41,491 nt of DNA, from contig BQXS01009781.1 in assembly GCA_024181965.1 (NCBI GenBank), positions 1 through 41,491 of the forward strand, given 5' to 3'. Below, in pieces: positions 1 through 10,094 of this stretch. The notes under the pieces were generated by a model. That model ran no database searches, had not been told where the DNA came from, and was given only the letters and a program-made list of their open reading frames with translations. This stretch comes from Aduncisulcus paluster (Eukaryota). The translations under genes were made by a program, and so were the position numbers. Numbering within the stretch: the stretch's first letter is position 1; each line of letters starts with the position of its first letter.

Positions 1-115
1 GTCTCATCAAATCGAACAGATGTAATATATGGACGACTAAGAAGAATATGACGAACGACAGGAGAATTATTCCCCTTTCCCAACAACACCTTCAATGGTT
101 TTTTCATCGCCAATA
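1..115 (-). CDS. Partial CDS running off the left edge; possible tubulin-tyrosine-ligase-like (TTLL10/glycylase-type) protein 5' part
   Basis: Minus strand is open from a ttcag acceptor-like site (116-120) or ATG 107 to the window edge: (LA)MKKPLKVLLGKGNNSPVVRHILLSRPYITSVRFDE. GKGNNS..V..IL..R resembles the start of the TTL domain of protist TTLL10-like enzymes. Only ~37 aa visible. Confidence 0.4.
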
Positions 116-788
116 CTGAATAAAAATGTTATCAAGATGCAGGAAAATAGATTAAAAGAAGGAATGTATAAAAAAATATGCAAAAGCAATTCTTGGCAAT
201 ACTTATAAACGGCAAAAAAATGCAAACCATGGATGGGCTGCGGCTATTTTCTTGAAAACTTATAGTATTTATACAGTATAGTACTTAATTTAGTACATCA
301 AAAAAATATTTATTATTTTTGGCCAAGGTTTTCAGGAAATTAGCGGGTGAAAAATCCGGCGGATTTTTCCTTGATCATCTTATATCAAGTTTGCTTTTTT
401 TTATTGGAAATATGACGTTATATTAGGCAAAAATAATCAAATTGATCAAAATTTATTTCTCCAATCCCTCCATTTCATCTAATATCGAAATAGTAGGTAA
501 CACGACGAATTTTACGTACTTTCTGACATTTTTTTAAGTTTTGTTTTGTATACTTGCTTTTATGTATCGCGATAGACCAAAAAGTATGGCGATAGGATGA
601 GGAGTGGACGAGGACCTCGGTTTCACCATTCATTCAGCGTTCCAAATGGCAATTCTTTATTTAAGATATAAATTATCCATTTTCATTCGAATAGAGCATG
701 GATGATCGCCTTTCCTCTCATGTGGTCTTGATGATTCCTGTTTTGGAATTCAGACGAGTTTTTTTTTTTTTTCTCGCAAAAATACAAA

Positions 789-2579
789 ATGGAGTTATTA
801 GCACCCGATCCTGGAAAAGATATTTCGATTGAATTATCTATTTCATGTCGTAATCTTATTAAAATGGATACATTTACTGACTCAGATCCAATTGTTTTCG
901 TATACACTCGTGATATTTCAAGTTCTCGATTTGTCCTTGTTGGCCACACAGAAGTTATTGATAATGATAATAATCCAAAGTTTTCCACCCTCATTCGCAT
1001 TCCTTATCTTTTCGAACAATCTCAACCCCTTCGCTTCGTGGTGTATGATGTTGATGATAAAAAAGACCTATTTAATTTTAAGAAACAAGACTTTTTAGGG
1101 CAAATTGATACAGATTTAGCTTCAATCGTTGCTTCTCCTGCTGGAGTCTTTAAAAAAATCCTTAATGGTCCTCAAGGCCCCAGTCAGCTTGCTGATAAGA
1201 AAGGACGTAAGTACGGTGAAATATCTATTATTCCTGAGCAACATAAATCATGTGGATTATTCTGGAAATTCTCTTCTTCTGTTGATACTCCAAATTTGAA
1301 AATGGTTTTTGGTAGACCCAATGTCTTCCTTAGATTTGCCAGAAGTACTGAGGTTGGCTGGTCTTATGTCTATAAAACCAAGAATAAGGTTCCTGACAAA
1401 AAGGGAAGAGTATTTTTCGATCATGAAGAACTCAAAGGCTCTATTTTGTGTGGAGGAGACGTAGAGCGTCCTATTAAGGTTGAATTAGTTGAAGACAGAC
1501 CAAAGAAGAGTGCGTTGATACTTTATGAGGTTCAGTTCTCTCTCAGTGCAATTGCTGCTGGTAAAACCAATTTCGATATGAGGATTCGTGATGATGTTAA
1601 AAAGACCGCCCGTGGAAAGAAGAATGAAGTTCACCTCATGTTTGATAAATGTTTAGTTTTTAGAAAACCAACTTTCGTTGATTATATTCGTGGAGGAATG
1701 CAGATTGACCTCCACATTGCCATTGATTATACCGCCTCAAACAAACACCCATCAGATCCATCTTCCTTGCATGCTGGCGGCATCCATTCCCCATATGGGC
1801 GTGCTATTCATGCTGTTGGACAGGTTCTTGCCCCATACAGTCACACTGGGTACATTGATACCATTGGTTTCGGTGCCAGATTGCCCTCAAATCCATCAGC
1901 CGTATCACATTGCTTCCCGGTCTCATTGAGGGATGGTGCCACTGCTTTACATGGAATTCCTCATGTGATGCAAGCCTATGTTGACTCTCTTTCTCTTGTC
2001 TCTCTTAGTGGGCCCACTCTATTCTCTCCTTTACTTCGTCGCATTAACGCCCAGGTCAAATCACGCCCCTACACTGATGGAAAACGTTATTCCATCGTTC
2101 TCATCCTCACAGATGGTATCATTGCCGACTGTGATGCCACCATCGATCAGATCATTGATTCTTCTGCCCTCCCCGTGTCGATTATTATCTGTGGAATTGG
2201 ACAAGCAGACTTCTCAGCAATGGACATGCTTGATGCTGATGACGCTCCACTCCAACTCGGTGACAAGCGTCAGCAGAGAGACAATGTTCAATTCGTCCCT
2301 TTCCATAAATATGAGAGAACACCACACCTTCTTGCAAGAGAAGTTCTTGAAGAAGTTCCTACTCAAGTCACTCAATTCATGGCAAAACACAACATTACTC
2401 CTCGCCCTCCAGTCTCAGCAACTCCAACGACCGCACACCCTGCTGCAACTGTTCATCCTGCTGCAACTGTTCATCCTATGCCTGGACAACCAATTCAACC
2501 TTCGATGGGCCCACAATCTGGCACAATTCCACCTTCTTCTACAGTAGTTCCCGATCATGATGATGATCCTTACGTATAG
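789..2579 (+). CDS. Copine (C2A-C2B-vWA phospholipid-binding protein), 596 aa
   Basis: C2A: ISCRNL..MDTFTDSDP, TEVI.N.NNPKF, FEQSQPLRF.VYDVD, QDFLG. vWA: AIDYTASN, GFGAR, SHCF, LSGPTLF.P, LILTDG.I.D, LPVSIII.GIG.ADF, QRDNVQFVPF, LEEVP.Q. Pro/His-rich tail with a short HPAATV repeat. Confidence 0.97.
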   Translation: MELLAPDPGKDISIELSISCRNLIKMDTFTDSDPIVFVYTRDISSSRFVLVGHTEVIDNDNNPKFSTLIRIPYLFEQSQPLRFVVYDVDDKKDLFNFKKQDFLGQIDTDLASIVASPAGVFKKILNGPQGPSQLADKKGRKYGEISIIPEQHKSCGLFWKFSSSVDTPNLKMVFGRPNVFLRFARSTEVGWSYVYKTKNKVPDKKGRVFFDHEELKGSILCGGDVERPIKVELVEDRPKKSALILYEVQFSLSAIAAGKTNFDMRIRDDVKKTARGKKNEVHLMFDKCLVFRKPTFVDYIRGGMQIDLHIAIDYTASNKHPSDPSSLHAGGIHSPYGRAIHAVGQVLAPYSHTGYIDTIGFGARLPSNPSAVSHCFPVSLRDGATALHGIPHVMQAYVDSLSLVSLSGPTLFSPLLRRINAQVKSRPYTDGKRYSIVLILTDGIIADCDATIDQIIDSSALPVSIIICGIGQADFSAMDMLDADDAPLQLGDKRQQRDNVQFVPFHKYERTPHLLAREVLEEVPTQVTQFMAKHNITPRPPVSATPTTAHPAATVHPAATVHPMPGQPIQPSMGPQSGTIPPSSTVVPDHDDDPYV

Positions 2580-3005
2580 TACCAAATGAATAAATAATTA
2601 TGAGTTCCTTAATTTATGGATGTTATAATATCCAATTTCAAATGATAGCACTGATTATAATCAATTGGATTCCATTGTTTTTTGGCTCCGCGCCGCAACC
2701 TGCCGAAAATGGTTCAAAATATAAATTCTGGGTTCAGGAAAACAAGTATGGTCGTTTATGGAATAAATTTTTAATACTTATTACAGAGATTTGCTCATTT
2801 CGCTCATATAAAGGCAAAACGAGGCCGAATCACAAAATCGATTCGTAGATTTTAATTTGCTGTTAATTCGAATATATTATTATTTTCGAAAAATAAAAAT
2901 AAAATCTGGGTTATGTTTGAATGCATTTTTAAATCTTTGTATGAAGTTTTTCGTTCTGGATTCGTTGATTTCGGGATTTCGAAAATCTATGATTTGCTTC
3001 TGGTA

Positions 3006-4736
3006 ATGAGTTCTGAAGTGCCTCCACCGGTTCAAAGACCTGCTGATATTCCTGATGAAAGGGAAGCTTACAGAGAACAACTTCAAGTAGAGATGGCCAA
3101 AGCCTTCCGTGCGAGGAATGCTAAACTGAAGGATAAAACTTTTACCCCTGGGCAATTGATGCTTTTGTTGTGCTGGAGTACTGTTTTATGTGTTATCGAT
3201 ATGTCTATCCAGGCCGTTTCGCTTGATGCTATGTGCACAACCTATGATATTGACAAAGAAACTTCTAACTGGGTGTCAACCGCTTACCAAATTCCCCTTG
3301 CTGCTATTTCTACAATTGCTGGTAAAATTGGAGATAGATACAATATTACTGTTGTCCACAGAATTGCTATGATCTCTTTTGTTGTTCTTTCAGTTATGTG
3401 TGGAATTTCTTCTCACTGGTCCTTCATGTTCCTTGTTATCTTCAGAGCCCTCCAAGGAGCTGCCGCTGCCTTTTTGCTCAGTGCCAATCTTAACTTGATC
3501 CCTACTTTGACCGTTGATGGTCGTTTTAAGGAATCTATGGGATACAACACTGTCGTCGTCGCCATTTCATCTCCCCTCGGTCCTGTTCTTGGTGGTTTTA
3601 TTATGCAGTGGGCTTCATGGCCATGGATCTATTACATTAACATTATTCCTGGTGTTATTGGTGTTATTCTCTGTTGGAAATACCTCCCCAATATTCCTTC
3701 TATTAAGGAGTCTAAATTCGACATTGCTGGGGCTCTCTTCATTCTCGTTTCTCTTGCTGTTGTCGTGTATGGTTTAACTCAACTCGATTCTAACATTGTT
3801 GTCGCCATTATATGTCTTATCTCAGGTATCATTGCTTTAGGACTCACTCTCGTATACGAGTGGTACCTTCCTGATACTCCTGTCTTGCCAAGGAGACTCA
3901 TGAAAAACCTTGGAGTTATGTGCTCCCTCGGCGGTGCCTTTGTCTGTTTCGCTGCTCAGGCTTCCACTGTTTACTCTATGCCTTACTTGTTGGAGACTTG
4001 CTGGCACGTTTCCTATGATAAAGTTGGTCTATTGAGTATTGTTGGACCCATCTTCAACATGGTTGGAGCTCTTTTCTCCACCCACATCAAGACTGTGAAG
4101 AGTAGAACCATCAGAATGCTCTCTCAGTTCGGTATGTTCATTGGTTACTGTACCATTGCTGCCTTCTGTTCCCCTGTCTTTGGGTATGATGAGGTTGGTC
4201 CAAGTCTTATCTTCCAGCAGCTCGCTGTGTCCATTGGTAGTTTCACACAGGGATGTTTCACCACCATGAACACTCACTTTGCCCTCCAGAACTCTCCTCT
4301 TGCCTTTAGAGGTGTGAGTAGTGGTCTTGTCCAAGCTTTCAGAGAAGCTGGTTTCGCTTTTGGTACTGCTCTTGCCAATGCCATTATCGATCTCTATGTT
4401 GAGTCCTCCTTTGGTCCAAAGGACACCTGGCCTGACTCTGAGACCTTTGATGGTGCCTTTAGAACTGATTACGTGAAAGGATGCCAGCTTTCCTTCCTTC
4501 TCATGAGTCTCTTGCCCTTCCTCGGTGCCCTTCTGTCATGGTTGAGTGGAGTCCACCCCTCTGAGGATCACTTCTATGGCATGGGTGATGTGTTTTCATG
4601 CAAGCCATGCAGACACCAAGGAGAGCTGAAGAAGCCTGGAGAAGATAAGCCTCTTGTTGGAGGAGATGATGATGAATCTGACTCAACTACTACCGAACAA
4701 GAAGAAGGGGATATAGAAAATCAAATACTCGAATAA
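3006..4736 (+). CDS. MFS transporter, 14-TMS DHA2 (EmrB/QacA-like drug:H+ antiporter) family
   Basis: Many hydrophobic helices; WV.TAY, motif A-like GKIGDRY, motif B FRALQG, motif C LGPVLGG, WPWIYYINIIPG, FDIAG, P.LP..L; acidic C-tail. Likely start ATG 3006 (MSSEVPP); the ORF extends up to ATG 2913. Confidence 0.9.
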   Translation: MSSEVPPPVQRPADIPDEREAYREQLQVEMAKAFRARNAKLKDKTFTPGQLMLLLCWSTVLCVIDMSIQAVSLDAMCTTYDIDKETSNWVSTAYQIPLAAISTIAGKIGDRYNITVVHRIAMISFVVLSVMCGISSHWSFMFLVIFRALQGAAAAFLLSANLNLIPTLTVDGRFKESMGYNTVVVAISSPLGPVLGGFIMQWASWPWIYYINIIPGVIGVILCWKYLPNIPSIKESKFDIAGALFILVSLAVVVYGLTQLDSNIVVAIICLISGIIALGLTLVYEWYLPDTPVLPRRLMKNLGVMCSLGGAFVCFAAQASTVYSMPYLLETCWHVSYDKVGLLSIVGPIFNMVGALFSTHIKTVKSRTIRMLSQFGMFIGYCTIAAFCSPVFGYDEVGPSLIFQQLAVSIGSFTQGCFTTMNTHFALQNSPLAFRGVSSGLVQAFREAGFAFGTALANAIIDLYVESSFGPKDTWPDSETFDGAFRTDYVKGCQLSFLLMSLLPFLGALLSWLSGVHPSEDHFYGMGDVFSCKPCRHQGELKKPGEDKPLVGGDDDESDSTTTEQEEGDIENQILE

Positions 4737-5371
4737 GAAGTGTAAACTTTGGATAACCACAAAGCAAACAAATTCAAAACAATATTGAAGTTGTTGTCAT
4801 TAAGGTTTTTTTTATGAAATATTTTATCTTCTTTCTTTTTGTCGAATTTCTATTGGATTTCCTCAATAGTTTTCCGATTTTCTCGTATTTGCTTTTCTAT
4901 AATACTTCTTATGTTATATAGAATTTTTGTTTTCTTATTTTTTCTTGGAGCCATTATCTCGATTATGTTGTCATCAATTGATGACTCCAATACTAACTAC
5001 ATTTTCACTCTGAAGGATTCGGAGACTTTTGATAAATTGCTAATTCGTTCATACAAGGTCATAATATTTTCTCTCCTTTTGTGACTGGTGGTCCCTACTG
5101 ACCGCAAACAACAATAAACTTAGAACTAACAACCAAATCAATTTTTTATTATTTTAAGTTAAAATTTTTAAGGGTTTCCAGTGGAAAGTTTCCACCAACC
5201 TAGATTATGGTGATAACGACTTTATTATTATCGATTAACCAATTCATTGATCAAAAATATTTATTTGAAATAACTAATTTCTTTGTGGTGCTTCAGATAG
5301 AGAAAGAATAGTGAAATTTGTGATCGATGGGAAAACTTGATCACATATACTTTTTATCGAGAAAATAGTAT

Positions 5372-5932
5372 TTAAAATCCAATGGATAGAGTGTAACAAA
5401 CGACCCAAGCCAAGGCAAAACCGCTTACGCTCATGTTCAATCCTTCCTGATGCATTTTGAGCCTTCCGCCATATAAATCAATATTCAATTTCAAGAATTT
5501 TTCATACCACAAATTTTGAACAATGACAACGGCAAAAACAGCAAAGATAATGGAAATGAGTCCAGTAAACTGAAAACTACCCCAGATTATCCCAACAAGG
5601 GTAGAGATCAGATATTTAAAAAGTGACACGCTAATTCTCATCTCGGCCTATAATATATTGCAATTATTTTAAAATTAATACAAGAATGTCAAATATAAAG
5701 ACAGAAATCATAATACGAAAATTGGTCCATATAAAGGGTGGCATCATCAGATATTGAATATAAAAATGATATTAAAAGAAGAATTCAACAAAAATTTAAC
5801 AAAATAATTAATATTGAACCCAGAAGAATGAATGCAAAAAAGCGATTGGGAAAAATACCATTCAAAACATACTGATGTCATTTTCTCCTTATTTATATTT
5901 AAAGTTTTTTCAATAACTGGTTTGACCTTCAT
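5372..5932 (-). CDS. RAB5IF: RAB5IF/OPTI (C20orf24, EMC6-related) small ER membrane protein; 2 exons 5932-5873 + 5647-5372
   Basis: Exon 2 (..YLISTLVGIIWG..FTG..YEKFLKLNIDLYGG..LKMHQEGLNMS...LAWVVCYT) matches the Rab5ip family pattern (GxIWG, YGG, EG..SF...W...YT). Phase-0 GTATGT..TAG intron 5872-5648 joins exon 1 MKVKPVIEKTLNINKEKMTS. Confidence 0.82.
5648..5872 (-). other. Spliceosomal intron (225 nt, phase 0)
   Basis: GTATGT donor, attatAG acceptor, AT-rich; removal joins exons in frame. Confidence 0.75.
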
Positions 5933-6307
5933 TTTTATCCCTATATTAACTAGAAGACGAAGAAAAAGTAGAAAACTTAATATAGTGAAGTCATATTCAT
6001 TTCATAAAAGATAGAGACTATATAACCATATGATATTTTTGAAAATTAGGATTAAATTAACAATTTATTATAAATTCCTTCGAAAGAAGAAAGTCAAATT
6101 ATTGTGACATATTGTTATTCCACTCCACAATAAATGGGGAATTAAATTTATATTGTAGTATTGTGCATAAACCAAGCTAATAAAGGGAAGATTATCTCAT
6201 TATTTTCACCTTGGAATTTTTTTAACTTATTCGTGAGTCTTTGGTAAAACTTACACCTTCCTTCTATTTTGTTTTGTTTTTAAAATTATACAAAACGCAA
6301 TATTATA

Positions 6308-9300
6308 ATGGAAACTCAAACCAAAGGTGAGTGTTTCTTTTGTGATAACAAATATTGTTCAGATTATTCAAAAAAACCAGATGATCTTTCATTTATAACA
6401 AACACAACACCAATTATTCTTTCCTGTGGTCATATTTGTTGTAACTCATGTGCAAAATCTCTTCATGAAGTTTTTAGTCCTCTTCCATTTCTCTGTCCTA
6501 TTTGTGGGGCTGAACAGGTTAAATATGCAAATCCTATTCGAGAATTGGTTATAGAGAGGTTGATGTACGATTTAAATCATGGTAAACTCAGTCTAGACTC
6601 TTTAACTGGAGAGAAAATATCTGCTCCTAAATCTGAGTGGCATTCCTCTGTTGTCATTCTTTCAATCATGAAGAAAATCAATGTTTTAATTCAATCTCTT
6701 GAGACCATTAAAAAATCTAGTGAATTGGCTGCATCTGAGCATTCCCAGCAATTGAAACAAATGGAGATGAAATACCAATCTGATCTGAAAATATTTGATC
6801 AGGTTGTTTCTCAGCATAAGAAAGACAAAGATCTCCTCTCTCAACAAGCCACCGAGCTTGGAATCCTTGCTGGAGTCTTTACTAGAAAGACTCTTTTTTC
6901 TGGTTCTATAAAATCTGAAGCCCTCCCCGAGTGTGAGATTTCTTTGGTCCACCATCGTCAAAATATTGTCAGATGCAGACAATTACTTAGTGATTCTGTT
7001 AAAATAATGGAGGATATGATCAAGAAACAGAAAATGGTTGTCGACAGTGCGAAAGAGGGAGTTAGTGACCTCAAAGATAAATTATCAACGATTCAAACAA
7101 CCATGGTCGATAAGATAGCATCTATTCTGCCTGGTTTGAAGAGTAGATGGGCAACCCTTGTTGGGGAAATAACTTCGCAAAGCAAACCATTTTTTGATCG
7201 AATTGACTCTCCTTTTAGTATCTCTCCAACCGAATCATTCCCTTCTCTGCATGAATTCTTGAGCGATGTGTATGTAACTTTATCTGATGTTCGAGCAATC
7301 GGAGAGAATCGACTTTCAACCAGTAATTCCACTCACTCAGACACTGACCGTGTGAAAAAAGAAGGAAATATATTCAGGCTATTTGATTTGACAAGAATGG
7401 ACATTGATACCGTTGTTTCCAGGGCTCCTTCGGTCATTTCCAGATCCCTTGATGAGAGACGTTCACTTCCTCCTCCAAAGAAGACCATCCCTGCAAATAT
7501 CATTGGTATAAAGCCTCCAATCGTAAGAGTGGGTGGTGGTGGAGGATGGGGAGGAGTTTCAAGGAAGTTACCTGGTCATGGCACTCATCGCTCTCCACCA
7601 CCCTCAACTCCTAAGCCAGTTAAACCAATGCCTGTCCCCACGCACATGACTATAGCTCACAAAATCAATTTCCACCCCATTCATCTTCTTTCTCACGTCA
7701 ATGCCAACCGTCTAGCTCTCCCTTCGAGTCCCACAGTGTCCCTAGCTGTGTGTGAAGGTGTTGAGCATAAATGGTGTGGGTGGACAGTGTCTGCCAATGT
7801 GAAATGGAATGCAGACGATGCATCATTGCTTTCGTCTCGTGTTGTCAAACGTGGGATTGATATATCTGGCTCTGGAATTGTTGATAAATCCCTTGGTGGC
7901 TGTTCCATTTTGGCCGAAGATATCCCATCAGTTAATGAATGTCTTGATATTATAGGTGATATCTCCATGAATCAAAAGACAGATCTTATTGTTAGAGATG
8001 TTGAGAAGATGGAAGAAGAAAACCTTAAAAGAAGCACGAAAGATGAAAAGAAATCCTTCTTTAAAAGAGGGAAAAAGGTGAAGAAATTTGAAGACTATAC
8101 ATGTATGGATTCTGACAAACTTATCCAACGTATTTGCGAAGATGCTAAATTTATTCGGAAAAAACAGAATGAAGCAGAGTTGCTTGCCTTGGGTGTCTCC
8201 ACTGAAATGCACGCAGCGAGTCACCCAATCCACACGAACNNNNNNNNNNNNNNNNNNNNAAAAGAGGGAAAAAGGTGAAGAAATTTGAAGACTATACATG
8301 TATGGATTCTGACAAACTTATCCAACGTATTTGCGAAGATGCTAAATTTATTCGGAAAAAACAGAATGAAGCAGAGTTGCTTGCCTTGGGTGTCTCCACT
8401 GAAATGCACGCAGCGAGTCACCCAATCCACACGAACATCACCGCTCTCCCCGTTTGGTGGGGCGATGAAATATGCGCTCCTGTAGACAGACTCATGCATG
8501 GACAGGCTTCTTCGTCCGAGTGGGAAGATAGATATGTGAGACATGATCTGCGTCATGGAGATGGGATGATATTTGGTGAAGATAACGAGGATTCTTCTTC
8601 CGAGGATTTCGATAGACAAGATGATCTCGCTGCAGAAGTTGCCCGAAGGAGAGAAATGCTCAAGAAAAAGAAGGAAAGAAAGAAACATCATCGTTCGAGG
8701 AGAGAAAAACATCCAAAGAGAAGGAAGAAACTCACAACGGTTGAAACTGGTTACCCAGATGAGGACCAATCTTGTGGCATGGTTGTCCTTGAGCTCTCTG
8801 CCTTTAACATGCTGAGTCCAACGCAGCCCTTCCATACAACTGTGAATGTTCCAGCGTCTATTCAACGTGTGTGTGTGTGTATCATGCCTGATTCAAGCAA
8901 GAGGAGGAGGAAAGAGGATGAATATGAGGAATCTGTGTTAAAATCATCAACAAGAACAAGTCCAATACGGGCTGAGGAAGGTGAGAAGAAAGTGTTATAT
9001 TCTGATGTTTCGTCCAAAGCACCTAAATCCTTCCAGGAGTCTGTCGTATTGATATTCCTAATGTTTGCCCATAACGTGTGTGTTATAGAGACAGATTTCA
9101 GTTCTCTTACTCACTCGGTACCCCCCACACTTCGATGTGTGTCATCCCATTGTCCGACTCCACTCTCTCTCCACTCTCCTTCTGTTACTCCCGATGCTGC
9201 CGTGTTCGGATGTCGGACTGTGAAGGGATCTGTGTGTGTTTATAGTCATTATGACCGTGTTTTCAAGCTTACAAGGGCATCAACAAAGCAAATATGGCCC

Positions 9301-9810
9301 ATTACGGTGAAGACTCTTGGTAGCAATTCTTTGCTTCCTGCTGATGCTTCTCCTGTGGACAAACTTATCCGTCAAGGGTGTGGTTTGAGTGCTTATTTAG
9401 CATCTGAAGACGGATCTATCTTTGCTTTTTCGCCCAAACATTTGCTTCTTCACACGATTCCTGTAAAGCTTGATCCAGAGTACCTTTCAAATATCAGAGA
9501 AGATCACGTGGTGATTTTTGACCGTTATCACTGCAATCTCATTCCGGCTCCTTATCATAGCAAGCTTTCTTCTGGGAAATCAAAGGTGGAACGTGAATGT
9601 TTTATCGTGTGTGAATGTGCTGGAGAAAATGTTGAAGAAAATAAGTTTGGGACTGTAAACCATTGGAGAGACGGTAAAGGGGAGGAGATATGGAAGGATG
9701 GTGTGAAAAATGGCTGTGTGAGTATTTGGGGAGATGGAATTATTTTCTTGGGTCATGGTGGATGGAAGGTTGCAAAAATCGATGATGTGTCCGAGTATTC
9801 CTCAAAATAA
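6308..9810 (+). CDS. RING-finger (C3HC4) / coiled-coil protein, putative E3 ligase; ~1101 aa once the gap duplication is collapsed
   Basis: CFFC...LSCGHICCNSC...CPIC RING, then heptad region, Pro/Gly linker and Cys-containing C-terminal region. ORFs 6308-8278 and 8275-9810 merge when duplicate 8063-8239 = 8260-8436 is removed. Confidence 0.8.
8063..8436. repeat. 177-bp direct duplication flanking 20-N gap (8240-8259); probable assembly artefact
   Basis: 8063-8239 appears identical to 8260-8436. Confidence 0.9.
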
Positions 9811-10094
9811 TCTCAAATTTTGGAATATATGTGATGATTTCCAATTTATATTTAAATTGTAAATTGTGTTAATAAACTATTTTTTCTAGATCCAATGAAT
9901 ATTTCGCCTTTGTATTTGAAGTGAGTTTCGATGGATTCAACTAATTTAAATTGGAAATTCATTTTTATCTCATTTATAATTGTGAATTAGCTTATTACAT
10001 TACATCAACTTTGTATTTGGGGAGACCGACTTTGGGGATTCCCCAAAGAACAATCCTACTCCAATTTGATTTTCCTTTTCTTCTTTGCCTTCAC

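Noticed and set aside
510..760. U3, U6, U4 or RNase P RNA gene call
   Set aside because: Only isolated short resemblances (acgtacttt, agcgttcca, aattcagac). U3 box A, U6 ACAGAGA and RNase P CR-I are absent. Kept only as a weak finding.
2600..2848. 82-aa ORF between copine and MFS
   Set aside because: AT-rich, low-information sequence with no recognisable motif; more likely UTR/promoter.
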